A DNA stretch of 61,810 nucleotides from IMG/VR virus record IMGVR_UViG_3300007734_000756; one strand, given 5' to 3'. A program made the position numbers and the translations under genes. Origin of the DNA: an uncultured virus (IMG/VR IMGVR_UViG_3300007734_000756). Lineage: Duplodnaviria > Heunggongvirae > Uroviricota > Caudoviricetes. Each line of letters begins with the position of its first letter. Within the stretch, counting starts at the first letter, position 1. The notes beneath the pieces are model-generated. The model made no database searches and had not been told where the DNA came from. It was given only the letters and a program-made list of their open reading frames with translations. Of the stretch, positions 18,706 to 27,461 are shown one piece after another.

Positions 18706-18953
18706 CCTACCTGCAAGACCCTGGCCATGGCTGGATCGCCTGCCCCCTGCCCCTGGCACACGACCTGGGGATCGCCGCCCAGGTAAGCCGCTACTCCTAC
18801 CTGGATGGCGACACCCTGTGGCTCGAGGAGGATTGTGACGCTGGCCTTCTGATCGATGCCCTACGCGCTGCCGGCACACCCTACACCCTGGTGGCCCAGC
18901 ATGTCCCCACAGACGCATACGTCCGGGCCCTGCCCCGCTGGAGAGCACGATGA
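18696..18953 (+). CDS. Conserved early phage protein
   Basis: DPGHGW...S.YSY....WLEEDCDA motif. Confidence 0.7.
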   Translation: MQLTYLQDPGHGWIACPLPLAHDLGIAAQVSRYSYLDGDTLWLEEDCDAGLLIDALRAAGTPYTLVAQHVPTDAYVRALPRWRAR

Positions 18954-19237
18954 ACCAAGCCGGAACCATCAACTTCACCGCCGCCCTGCTGACGCACGGA
19001 TCCTGGGGTCACCGCGACCTGGGGATCCACCCCTCCAGCATGACCCTCTGGCTGGATGACAACCGCCGAACCGGCATGATCGAATGGGACATTCCTTCCC
19101 TGGGTGAATTCGAGAACATCGGCCTGTGGTTCGAGGATGGTGTCCTGGTGGACTACGACGGGGTGATGGCACTGCCCCGCGAGGCCATGGCCATGCTGCG
19201 CGCCTACGGGTTTGTCGTGCCGGATGACATGGAATGA
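18950..19237 (+). CDS. Early hypothetical protein
   Basis: IEWDIP...IGLWF....L.DYDGV..LP; ATGA coupling. Confidence 0.7.
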   Translation: MNQAGTINFTAALLTHGSWGHRDLGIHPSSMTLWLDDNRRTGMIEWDIPSLGEFENIGLWFEDGVLVDYDGVMALPREAMAMLRAYGFVVPDDME

Positions 19238-19434
19238 CCGTATCCGCCCTCATCGAGGCGGTTCAGGCCGGAACCTACCGCATCCGTGCGGTGGGCTCCG
19301 GAGCCCCCTGGATCGAGCGTAAGACACGCCTGGGCTGGGTCCGTGCCCGAGCCCCCTCTCATGTCATACATACCGCCGCCCAACAACTGACACCCCGCAT
19401 CGACGGGGCAATCAAAACCTGGAGCAACACATGA
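19234..19434 (+). CDS. Early hypothetical protein
   Basis: 66 aa; ATGA coupling at both ends. Confidence 0.55.
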   Translation: MTVSALIEAVQAGTYRIRAVGSGAPWIERKTRLGWVRARAPSHVIHTAAQQLTPRIDGAIKTWSNT

Positions 19435-20135
19435 CCGGATTCGTTTTTTACGATGGACCTAGCTCGATCAACGGAGCCCCCATCGTCGGTATCGCCACGA
19501 TGGAATCCCGCAATGGCAAGACAGGCAACATGATCCAAACGTTCATCGTTCGCGCCGATCAACACCCGCTCGAGGCCCTGAGCACTGGTGCCGACTCCGC
19601 GATCTGCGGAGACTGTGCGCTACGAGGATCACCCGACGAGCCCCGCCTGTGTTACGTCGATGTGGGCAAGTCTGTCTCGCAAGTATGGTCAGCCTGGGTC
19701 CGTGGTGCCTATCCCATGGCCACACCTGCCCAGGCCCGTGCCGCCGCCGCTGGGCGGAAGGTCCGGATGGGAGCCTACGGCGATCCGTTCGCTATCCGCC
19801 GCTCAGCCTGGGATTGGCTAGCCGCCGCAGACGGATGGACAGGCTACACCCACCAGTGGCGACGGGCCAATGCCCAATGGCTCCGCGCCTTTGCCATGGC
19901 ATCCGTCGATTCCCTGGCGGAATTGGAGATGGCGCAATCCCTGGGCTGGCGCACGTTCAGGGTTCGCTCCGCTGCCGATCATCTGGCCCCCCGCGAGGCC
20001 CCGTGCCCAGCATCGAAAGAGTCTGGACAACGGAAGCAGTGCATCGATTGCATGGCCTGTGATGGTGCCGACCGCCCAGGCAAGGCCAGCATGGTGATCG
20101 TTGCCCACGGGATCATGGCCAAATACTTCAACTGA
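19431..20135 (+). CDS. Cys-rich putative Fe-S/metal enzyme (gp88-like, radical-SAM-related?)
   Basis: CGDC..CYV, VRMGAYGD, TGYTH, ASVDS, CPA...CIDCMAC. Confidence 0.55.
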   Translation: MTGFVFYDGPSSINGAPIVGIATMESRNGKTGNMIQTFIVRADQHPLEALSTGADSAICGDCALRGSPDEPRLCYVDVGKSVSQVWSAWVRGAYPMATPAQARAAAAGRKVRMGAYGDPFAIRRSAWDWLAAADGWTGYTHQWRRANAQWLRAFAMASVDSLAELEMAQSLGWRTFRVRSAADHLAPREAPCPASKESGQRKQCIDCMACDGADRPGKASMVIVAHGIMAKYFN

Positions 20136-20137
20136 CC

Positions 20138-20163
20138 AACCGGGCCCTTCGGGGCCCTTGGAG
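20138..20163 (+). repeat. Intergenic hairpin + RBS repeat, copy 3
   Basis: AACC-GGGCCC-TTCG-GGGCCC-TTGGAG. Confidence 0.7.
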
Positions 20164-20169
20164 ACACTC

Positions 20170-20517
20170 ATGTACGACCTACACTGCTACGCGCGCAAGA
20201 CCCACAAGTACCGCGCCGGATGGACCGGCTGGGATGACTGGGACTACCTCACCACCCTGCGGGTCACCCCGTTGCGATCAGCCCGTGAGCCCCGCGGGTT
20301 CGATGACGGCGGGACCTACGTTCAGTACGTCCGATTGCCTGCCGGCGTCAACCGCAAGGCCAAGGCGCGCATCATCCGGTCTATCGAGGACACCATCAGC
20401 GGCACCGGCTGCAAACATCAATACGACTGCTGCGGCTGCGCTAGCCACAGGGCAACCGTTCGCTCGATCAGCCGCCGCGATCTACTCATTCACACCAGCG
20501 TTTCATTTAACTATTGA
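20170..20517 (+). CDS. Early protein with CxHxYDCCGC motif
   Basis: Start at ATG 20170 after GGAG; GCKHQYDCCGC. Confidence 0.7.
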   Translation: MYDLHCYARKTHKYRAGWTGWDDWDYLTTLRVTPLRSAREPRGFDDGGTYVQYVRLPAGVNRKAKARIIRSIEDTISGTGCKHQYDCCGCASHRATVRSISRRDLLIHTSVSFNY

Positions 20518-20524
20518 GGCAACC

Positions 20525-20707
20525 ATGGACCCAATCATCCGCTACAAGAAACACACCGACGTTCAGGAAACATGGCGCGAGCACGGCTGGACCAGCCCCG
20601 CAGAGAATCCCGTCATCGTGGCCAAATGGAAGTTTTACCAGACCATTGGCACCCGCGGCATCGAGGCAGACGAGGAGGAACTGTTGAAGCATCAGGCCCG
20701 ACGCTGA
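20525..20707 (+). CDS. Early hypothetical protein
   Basis: MDPIIRYKKHTDVQETWREHGW..P; GAGG RBS. Confidence 0.6.
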   Translation: MDPIIRYKKHTDVQETWREHGWTSPAENPVIVAKWKFYQTIGTRGIEADEEELLKHQARR

Positions 20708-21516
20708 CGCAAAAGGCACAGGCGCATAGCCTGTGAAAGCCTGAAGGTGCCCAGCCGACGCCACGCGTCATGGGCATCTTCTCCCACGACCTCGCTCATC
20801 CAGTAAGGCCAGCCGGTTTCCCTGGCTACCCTCTCCCCGGTACCCGACGCATCGTTATCCGCGATCACCACCCCCGCGGGCAACTTCCTGGCGATCTTGG
20901 CTAGATTCCCAGCACTGAAACAGACATGGATCCGATAGGGAATCTTCAGGGCCTCACAGATCATCCGGACAGCAATCCCAGTGACGTACCCCTCTACCAG
21001 GATATGCTGACCCCTGGCGTCCATCACAAACTCCGCTTCGCTGGTGCGCTGCCCGGTCAAAAACTTCTTTTGACCATCCGGTGAGATCAACTGGCAACCG
21101 ACCAGCCGGCCATCTACTTTCATCGGCACAACCAACAACACCGCGTTATCGGTCTGCCAAACCAGACCCCGCTCGGTTTTCAGGCCCTTCTGGAATAGGT
21201 AATCGTGCTCATGCATGACTGCCTTGCTGATGATCCAGGCTGCTTTCTGGGCTGCTTTCTCTTGATCAGCCTGCGTTTTGCCTGCGTTTTGCCTGCGTTC
21301 TATCTGCGTTTTGATATCAGCCGGTTTATCTGACTGCCATACCGATACCGACGTTTCAGTGGCATGGTTCTGAACGAAGCCATGATCACCCATGTACTTC
21401 ACTGCCCCGTTACGCTTCTTTGGATGGTCTTCCGTCGCATACCTACGCCATACCCCCACGGGGGGAAGGTAGTCGATCAGGATGCCGTGCAGCCGACAGA
21501 AATCCAGAAAGGTCAT
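20692..21516 (-). CDS. TOPRIM-domain primase
   Basis: GCQLISPDGQKKFL.G, LVEGYVTG, FSAGNL, IADND. Confidence 0.85.
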   Translation of the reverse strand: MTFLDFCRLHGILIDYLPPVGVWRRYATEDHPKKRNGAVKYMGDHGFVQNHATETSVSVWQSDKPADIKTQIERRQNAGKTQADQEKAAQKAAWIISKAVMHEHDYLFQKGLKTERGLVWQTDNAVLLVVPMKVDGRLVGCQLISPDGQKKFLTGQRTSEAEFVMDARGQHILVEGYVTGIAVRMICEALKIPYRIHVCFSAGNLAKIARKLPAGVVIADNDASGTGERVARETGWPYWMSEVVGEDAHDAWRRLGTFRLSQAMRLCLLRQRRA

Positions 21517-22979
21517 CGCTTGCTCCGCAGGTACTTGATCAGCCGGTGTTTGATAAACCCATCCACCTCTTTGTTGGGAGTCACCGGTTTATCCTGCAAA
21601 CCATTCGGCCAGTGCCCAAACTTTTCTTTGAAAGTGTGCGACGCACGACCCCTGCTCCATCCTTTGTACACAACGTTGTGATACAGCATCGACCACCAAT
21701 CCTGCTTGCTTAGCTGGCCGATCTGCCGGCTCCTCAATTCCTCCATCTGGCCGGGAACCTCAACCACTAGGCTCTTCCGCGGCCTGACGTATCCGCAGTG
21801 CGCACAAATGTCCGACTTTGGATCCCACAACGCGTGACACGCCGGACACTGCGACTCTTTCTTTTCCTTCTCTGTCGGCTCTTGTTTAGGTTTCTCCCGG
21901 CCATCATCCAGTTTGCTTACGCCGTTCTGATAGATGTCATCCCAGTCTTCCTGAAAGCGTAAGTAGTTGCCGCTGTGATCAAGCCATAGCGCAAACTCTT
22001 TACCCTCATACCCTCGCATCACCCTGCCCATCTGCTGGATGTGAGACGACAGAGATTTGCTAAAGGGTCTGGCAGATATGCCAACCATGACATCCGGCAC
22101 GTCAAACCCCTTGGTCAGAACGTCCGTCGCGATCAGCCCGTGGATGTTTGTGTCCGGTTTGGAAAACTCCTCAATAACCTGCCGCTTGTAGTCATCGTCA
22201 TCCCGGTAACTGATCGCAATAAAGTTAAATCCCTGCTCAGCAAACTTGCTGGCCAAGTGCGCCCCATGGTTCACGCCAGAACAAAACACAATCGTCTTAC
22301 GCGGCCCTCCGAAGACCTCAGCCGTTTTGGATACCCATTCCTGAACGATATCCCCGGTGATGACTTTTCCTCGAGTAGACGCCTCCACCTGGGACCATTC
22401 ACCCGCGACCTTCTTTGCCCCCGTCATGTCGATCTGCTTGGCTATGAACACCCGCAGCGGCACCAGAACTTTCTTCTCAACCAACTGCGCAGTCGTGACC
22501 GTCGAGATCACGTTGTCGTACGTCCGCCCCAGCCCTTTGGTAAACGGTGTCGCAGTCAGCCCGACAACCCGGACACTCGGATTGTTCTTGATGAACTCGA
22601 TGGTCTGCCCACGCATTGCGTGACATTCATCAACAATCATCAAGTTCAAGCCAGGAAAAGATCCACGACGCTCGAGAGTCTGCGCAGAACAAACCTGAAT
22701 GTGCTCACTGGGCCTGTATCGCCAATGCCCAGCCTGCAGTACGCCGTGGTTGATCTGGTACTTCTGTAGCCTCTGACTGGTCTGATCACACAGGATCACC
22801 CGGTCAAGGATCATCGCCGCCCGGTTGCCTTTGGACAAAACAGCAGAAAGCAAAGCTATCGCCATTTCTGTCTTTCCAGCCCCGGTCGGCGCGTACAGAA
22901 TCTGCGCTCGAGATCCATCCGCAAACCCCTGGCGCAGCGCCTCCAAAGTTTCGTTTTGGTAGTCTCGCAACGTCAGCAT
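21513..22979 (-). CDS. SF2 DEAD/DEAH (SSL2-like) helicase with Zn ribbon
   Basis: APTGAGKT, VDECH, LTATP, GFDVPD, QQMGR, CPAC/CAHC. Confidence 0.92.
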   Translation of the reverse strand: MLTLRDYQNETLEALRQGFADGSRAQILYAPTGAGKTEMAIALLSAVLSKGNRAAMILDRVILCDQTSQRLQKYQINHGVLQAGHWRYRPSEHIQVCSAQTLERRGSFPGLNLMIVDECHAMRGQTIEFIKNNPSVRVVGLTATPFTKGLGRTYDNVISTVTTAQLVEKKVLVPLRVFIAKQIDMTGAKKVAGEWSQVEASTRGKVITGDIVQEWVSKTAEVFGGPRKTIVFCSGVNHGAHLASKFAEQGFNFIAISYRDDDDYKRQVIEEFSKPDTNIHGLIATDVLTKGFDVPDVMVGISARPFSKSLSSHIQQMGRVMRGYEGKEFALWLDHSGNYLRFQEDWDDIYQNGVSKLDDGREKPKQEPTEKEKKESQCPACHALWDPKSDICAHCGYVRPRKSLVVEVPGQMEELRSRQIGQLSKQDWWSMLYHNVVYKGWSRGRASHTFKEKFGHWPNGLQDKPVTPNKEVDGFIKHRLIKYLRSKR

Positions 22980-22982
22980 TGC

Positions 22983-23771
22983 TTACCCCTGCAGTTTCTT
23001 AAGCTGCCTCTGTTGCGCAGCCACCTGCTTCTTCAGTTCAGCGTTCTCCCACTGATACCGATCCCGGCTAGCCTTGACCGACTCCAACTCCACCCGCAAC
23101 AACTTGATCTCGGCCCGGAGATCATCGATCAACTGACCAGCCGCCTCCTTCTCCTCAGCCGGCAACACCGCCATAGCCAGCTTTTTGGTTAGCTCCGCGT
23201 TCTCTTCCGCCAGGGTTTCGATCATTACATCCTGCTCTGACGGACCCTCATCCGGCTCTGCAGGGGTGGCAACGTTGCCACTTGGCTCAGGTTTGGCCGC
23301 GGGAACTGGCTTCTTTTCCACTGGCGGGGTGGCAACGTTGCCACTTTCAGGGGTGCGCAAAGCACTGACAAACGTATGACTGACCCCTACGTGTTTACCG
23401 ATCTGCCGGTTGCTCCACTTGATGCACTCATCATCCGACAACATTTCCAAGACCAACCGACGCTTCTCTGTGCGGCTTAGAGGCTTACCGTGCGCAGTGT
23501 TGGCCTTCCACTTCCCTAACCAAACATCCCGCCACGTACCCGTAATCACGTCGGCTTCGATCTCGTACTCGTCAATGTCACTGGTCGCTTGATACCGGTG
23601 AAACCCATCCACCAGGACGTACGTAGACTTGTCCACGAGCACAACCGTGACCGGAGGAAAGCGTACGCCGTCTCGCATCAGGTCTGCGTACGTTTGCACG
23701 AGTTCCAAATCCAGAGAAATGCGGCTTTGGTACTTCTGATCTACCGTTATGTCTTTGATATTCAAGAACAT
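22983..23771 (-). CDS. parB: ParB-like protein (ParB/Srx domain, HTH, coiled coil)
   Basis: FPPVTV...LVDGFHRYQA (ParB box II-like), N..HG.PLS, HTH SNRQIGKHVGVSHTFV, C-terminal coiled coil. Confidence 0.8.
   Translation of the reverse strand: MFLNIKDITVDQKYQSRISLDLELVQTYADLMRDGVRFPPVTVVLVDKSTYVLVDGFHRYQATSDIDEYEIEADVITGTWRDVWLGKWKANTAHGKPLSRTEKRRLVLEMLSDDECIKWSNRQIGKHVGVSHTFVSALRTPESGNVATPPVEKKPVPAAKPEPSGNVATPAEPDEGPSEQDVMIETLAEENAELTKKLAMAVLPAEEKEAAGQLIDDLRAEIKLLRVELESVKASRDRYQWENAELKKQVAAQQRQLKKLQG
23266..23344. repeat. Two copies of the 16-bp palindrome GTGGCAACGTTGCCAC inside parB
   Basis: Exact copies at 23266-23281 and 23329-23344; further copies at 1519, 24592, 44184 and 50183. Confidence 0.9.
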
Positions 23772-24108
23772 TTGTTTGATTTCCCTTTGTTACCTGTTAT
23801 ATTCCGTTCCAATATACCAGCCAGATTCCCAAGTTCTGAGTCGCCCAAGGGGTGGAGCCCGTCCTCCTCCCCCGCCCCAGGCGGCTAGAGTAACTTTTCT
23901 AGCGCCCCAGGCTACCGTGGCGGCAACGATTATTTCAATGTGGAACTTGTCTACCACCCTTGTTTCCACATCTGTACCAGTCCCTCGTTGACAGGCTGGC
24001 GACGAACAAACCGGGGGTGCTCGGTGCCGTGTGTTTTCTTCCGCGCCGCCCATTCAGGCTCTTGCTATCGTGCGGAGTACGCCCGGCTACCCGCCGGGAG
24101 GGGTAGCT

Positions 24109-24381
24109 CTACTGCGTTACTTCGTCAACAATCTTGCCGTGCTCTAGGCCGACGCGATGCTTAATCTCGATGGCATAGTAGGTGAAATCTTTGTGGCCGT
24201 GGCTAACCGCGCTGCTCGCAAATTTGCGACAGCATTCGATAGCTGAATCAAGGGTGTCGTGAAGATAAACAAAGCGGGCTGATCGACCTGACTGCGACCG
24301 CATGAACACAGCGTACTTGGGACAGTCGGCCTCGTGCAATTGCTGCACTGTTCGCTTGAGATAACCCGGTTCGTTGTCCAT
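24109..24381 (-). CDS. Hypothetical protein
   Basis: 90-aa ORF with protein-like composition, downstream of a long hairpin leader. Confidence 0.55.
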   Translation of the reverse strand: MDNEPGYLKRTVQQLHEADCPKYAVFMRSQSGRSARFVYLHDTLDSAIECCRKFASSAVSHGHKDFTYYAIEIKHRVGLEHGKIVDEVTQ

Positions 24382-24589
24382 GCCACAGCCTTTGAATGCG
24401 TGGCACCAAAACGAAAACCCTCACGGGGATAGGCTTTGGGCTTGGTTGCCACTATCAAGAAGGCTCGCCCCTCCCTGACTGTTTGACTAAGCCCGCCCCC
24501 GTGAGGGTTCGGATGTGCGCTGGCGAGAGCATGTCGGGTTACCAGCCCAACAATTATTTGTATCGTATCAACCAACTCCAAGACGTGTC

Positions 24590-24609
24590 AAGTGGCAACG
24601 TTGCCACTT
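24590..24609. promoter_or_regulatory. Intergenic parS-like palindrome
   Basis: AAGTGGCAACGTTGCCACTT, a perfect 20-bp palindrome. Confidence 0.65.
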
Positions 24610-24636
24610 AAAAAAACAGGGCCACGAGAGCCCTGT
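24610..24636 (-). terminator. Rho-independent terminator
   Basis: ACAGGGC-UCUCGUG-GCCCUGU followed by a U run on the minus strand, downstream of 24668-24955. Confidence 0.75.
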
Positions 24637-24667
24637 AAACATACCTGGAGGAGACTACACACGTAGT

Positions 24668-24955
24668 CTACTTCAAACCGCGCAAGGCGGCAATGGCTGC
24701 GTCCATGGAATTAGCTTTAACCAGCGGACCACCCGGCCAATCATCGAAGAACTTCTGCTCCGCCTCGGTCAACTTCTGCTGTGACGGCGGCTTCTGTCCG
24801 TCCTTGATCTCAATCAGCAAGGTATGCCCCCGATACCCGACTAAAAGATCTGGTAATCCATCCCCCTGCGTGATCACCCGGACGTACGCGCCGGCCTTGC
24901 GTAGTCCCTCTACGATCTCGTGAGAGTTACTGTCAACCCTGGCGGCTCTTCTCAT
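24668..24955 (-). CDS. PD-(D/E)XK nuclease, VRR-NUC / Holliday junction resolvase-like
   Basis: G.PDLLVG......L.EIK......LT..E..F...W. Confidence 0.8.
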   Translation of the reverse strand: MRRAARVDSNSHEIVEGLRKAGAYVRVITQGDGLPDLLVGYRGHTLLIEIKDGQKPPSQQKLTEAEQKFFDDWPGGPLVKANSMDAAIAALRGLK

Positions 24956-24997
24956 CCATCCCTCCGTTCCGTTTTTTGCAAGTCAGACATGTTCATT

Positions 24998-25027
24998 TTG
25001 ACACACTCAAAATATACCTGTTATATT
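24998..25027 (+). promoter_or_regulatory. Sigma70-type promoter for the recombination operon
   Basis: TTGACA, 18 nt, TATATT with an extended -10 TG; AGGAG RBS downstream. Confidence 0.7.
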
Positions 25028-25057
25028 CCGCTCCCCATTACCCGTTAGGAGACTACT

Positions 25058-25285
25058 GTGACTGATGAAGAACGAAAAGAATGGATTGCTTGCGTAGCTG
25101 CCTCACACAAAACAACGCAGGTGCTGATGGACATCACGACGGGACCGCGGCAGGGACTCATTGCTGCTTGCATGTTGTTGATTACCGTTGCCAACGCTTG
25201 TGATGTTGAGAAGGGAAACACAGTCGATATGTTGATGCATCTGTGGGAAGTGTTTGACAACGAAGCGGACAGGCCAATCCAATGA
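25058..25285 (+). CDS. Hypothetical protein
   Basis: GTG start, AGGAG RBS, ATGA coupling. Confidence 0.6.
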   Translation: MTDEERKEWIACVAASHKTTQVLMDITTGPRQGLIAACMLLITVANACDVEKGNTVDMLMHLWEVFDNEADRPIQ

Positions 25286-26157
25286 AGATCACCAACAAAC
25301 ACAACCTGCCGCAGACGATTGTCAATGTACTCCATCGTCCGACGTACTCCAAAGGCAAAGCACACATCTCTGCGACGGAGTTGATCAACAGCCCGCGGAT
25401 TGTTCAGTTGAAGAGGATGCACTGGGATGAGCTCGAGCAAGACGCATCCGAGCTGTGGTGGTCGTTGTTTGGCTCTGCAGTACACAACATCCTCGAGCAT
25501 GGCCGCGATGTTCATCATGTAGTCGAGCAACGTCTACATGCGGAGTGTGCTGGCTGGTCTATCTCTGGTGCTATCGATCTGCAGGAAGTAGAAGAGGACG
25601 GGATCATCATCAGTGACTACAAAGTCACAAGCGCGTACTCGGTGATGAACGAGAAGGAAGACTGGCACAAGCAGTTGAACATCTATGCGTGGCTAGTTGA
25701 GACGGTCAAGAAGCAGAACGTTAAGAAGCTACAGATCGTGGCCATCGTACGCGATTGGGCGGCTCGTGAAGCGAAGGTGAAGCCTGAGTACCCACAGTCC
25801 CCTGTTGTAGTTATTGATATCCCTCTGTGGCCGTTTGATCAGCGCCAGGAGTTCATTGAAGACCGGATAACTGTGCATTCCGATGCTGCGTTTGATGCAG
25901 ACATGGAAGAGAAGTTGCCGGAGTGTTCATCAACGGATATGTGGGAACGACCAACGTTGTACGCAATCAAGAAAGAAGGAGGTGTAAAGGCAAAGAAAGT
26001 ATTTGATACCCGAGAGGAGGCCGAAGCTGCCCTGACTGACGGCCACTTCATTGAAGTACGTTCAGGGGAACGAATCCGCTGCGCCAACTATTGCCCGGTC
26101 AGTGGGTTTTGCGATCAGTACCAAGAATATTTGAGGACTCAAAATGGTGACGCTTAA
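25282..26157 (+). CDS. PD-(D/E)XK exonuclease (RecB/Cas4-like)
   Basis: GSAVH.ILE, ISGAIDL, DYK, QLNIY, C-terminal C..YC.V..FC. Confidence 0.85.
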   Translation: MKITNKHNLPQTIVNVLHRPTYSKGKAHISATELINSPRIVQLKRMHWDELEQDASELWWSLFGSAVHNILEHGRDVHHVVEQRLHAECAGWSISGAIDLQEVEEDGIIISDYKVTSAYSVMNEKEDWHKQLNIYAWLVETVKKQNVKKLQIVAIVRDWAAREAKVKPEYPQSPVVVIDIPLWPFDQRQEFIEDRITVHSDAAFDADMEEKLPECSSTDMWERPTLYAIKKEGGVKAKKVFDTREEAEAALTDGHFIEVRSGERIRCANYCPVSGFCDQYQEYLRTQNGDA

Positions 26158-26410
26158 TTTTATGGATGAGGATGTTCCTTTCATTATTTCGGCCATTCGT
26201 GCGCGGTCTAACGACCTGTTAGAGAGCGTATTGATTCAGGTTGATATTCAACGCAAGATTCCTATGAAGTCCGAGCCGTTTCCGCCGTCTGAGATCAATG
26301 TAGACGCCCCGCCGGTTGAAGCGACGGTCACTCCTAAACGTCCCGGTCGCCCAAAAGGTCGCAAAGACTCTGTGAAACGTCGCTCCCCAAAGAGTGGAGT
26401 CGCTAAATGA
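26144..26410 (+). CDS. Hypothetical protein with an AT-hook-like tail
   Basis: KRPGRPKGRK. Confidence 0.6.
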   Translation: MVTLNFMDEDVPFIISAIRARSNDLLESVLIQVDIQRKIPMKSEPFPPSEINVDAPPVEATVTPKRPGRPKGRKDSVKRRSPKSGVAK

Positions 26411-27093
26411 GCGTACACAAGAAACTGATGCAGGCCAGGATCAAGCTGCAGAGTATTGAGCTTAAGAAATCTGGCCAGAACAAGTTTGCCGGGTTCAGTT
26501 ACTTTGAACTGGGTGACTTCCTTCCCGCGGTGCAATCGATCTTCGCTGAGGTCGGACTGTGCGGCGTAGTGTCGTATTCCAATGAGTACGCCACGCTCAA
26601 AATCTTTGACGTTGATCAACCGTCAGATCCGATTGTGATTCTGTCCCCTATGGCTGAGCTAGTGCTGAAAGGGACTCATCCAATTCAGAACATGGGCGCG
26701 ATCCAGACCTATCAGCGTAGGTACCTTTGGATGACTGCACTCGAGATCGTAGAGCACGACCAACTGGACGCTACTGTTGGTGAGCCCGTCAAAGCTGAGC
26801 CGAAACCGGAACCGAAACCGGTGGTGAAACCTCCAAAGAAGATCGAGGGAAAGCCTGGGAGTTGGCAGCTATCCATTGGTCTGAATGAAGACGGTGACGC
26901 TGATAGCTGGGTTGATGCGGTTCTTGACATCACCAAGACGGCGCTGACGTTTGCGACTACCGCGGCTGACGTTCGCGAGATCTTCAAGGTTAACAAGGCG
27001 ATCTACGACAACCTGAAGCAGATTAGCGACGAGTCGTATAACCAAGTGCTGGGTATGTTCCGCGACTCCAAAGACAAATTCAAAGAGGAATAA
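26407..27093 (+). CDS. erf: ERF-family ssDNA annealing protein
   Basis: KSGQNKF..F.YFEL.D; Q.MGA..TY.RRY. Confidence 0.85.
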   Translation: MSVHKKLMQARIKLQSIELKKSGQNKFAGFSYFELGDFLPAVQSIFAEVGLCGVVSYSNEYATLKIFDVDQPSDPIVILSPMAELVLKGTHPIQNMGAIQTYQRRYLWMTALEIVEHDQLDATVGEPVKAEPKPEPKPVVKPPKKIEGKPGSWQLSIGLNEDGDADSWVDAVLDITKTALTFATTAADVREIFKVNKAIYDNLKQISDESYNQVLGMFRDSKDKFKEE

Positions 27094-27095
27094 GC

Positions 27096-27461
27096 ATGGC
27101 TAACATTAATCGCGTAACACTGCTGGGTGCATTGGGTAAAGACCCGGAGATTCGACAGTTAAACAACGGAAAAGCTGCGGCATCGCTCAACGTAGCTACG
27201 TCGGTCAACAAGAAACAAGGTAATGAATGGGTCAGCGATACCCAGTGGCATCGCGTTGTGGCGTACGACAAAGTGGCTGAGGTTGCCGGAACGCTGACAA
27301 AGGGTCAGGCGGTGTTCGTAGATGGTCGGTTGAACTATCGCAAGTACACCAACAAAGAGGGTGTTGAGCAGACCGTCACGGAAATCGTGGCCAATGAGCT
27401 TCATCCGATTTCTAAGGTGGACTCCAAGAAACCCGCGGCTGACGAAGAGATTCCGTTCTGA
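27096..27461 (+). CDS. ssb: Single-stranded DNA-binding protein
   Basis: NRVTLLG.LGKDPEIR, TQWHRVV, acidic EIPF C-terminus. Confidence 0.95.
   Translation: MANINRVTLLGALGKDPEIRQLNNGKAAASLNVATSVNKKQGNEWVSDTQWHRVVAYDKVAEVAGTLTKGQAVFVDGRLNYRKYTNKEGVEQTVTEIVANELHPISKVDSKKPAADEEIPF

Noticed and set aside
17502..20171. Long alternative-frame and minus-strand ORFs in the GC-rich block
   Set aside because: Explained by high GC and few stops; the RBS-bearing plus-strand frames tile the region
25282..26157. Cas4 as evidence of a CRISPR system
   Set aside because: Context with ERF and SSB indicates a recombination exonuclease
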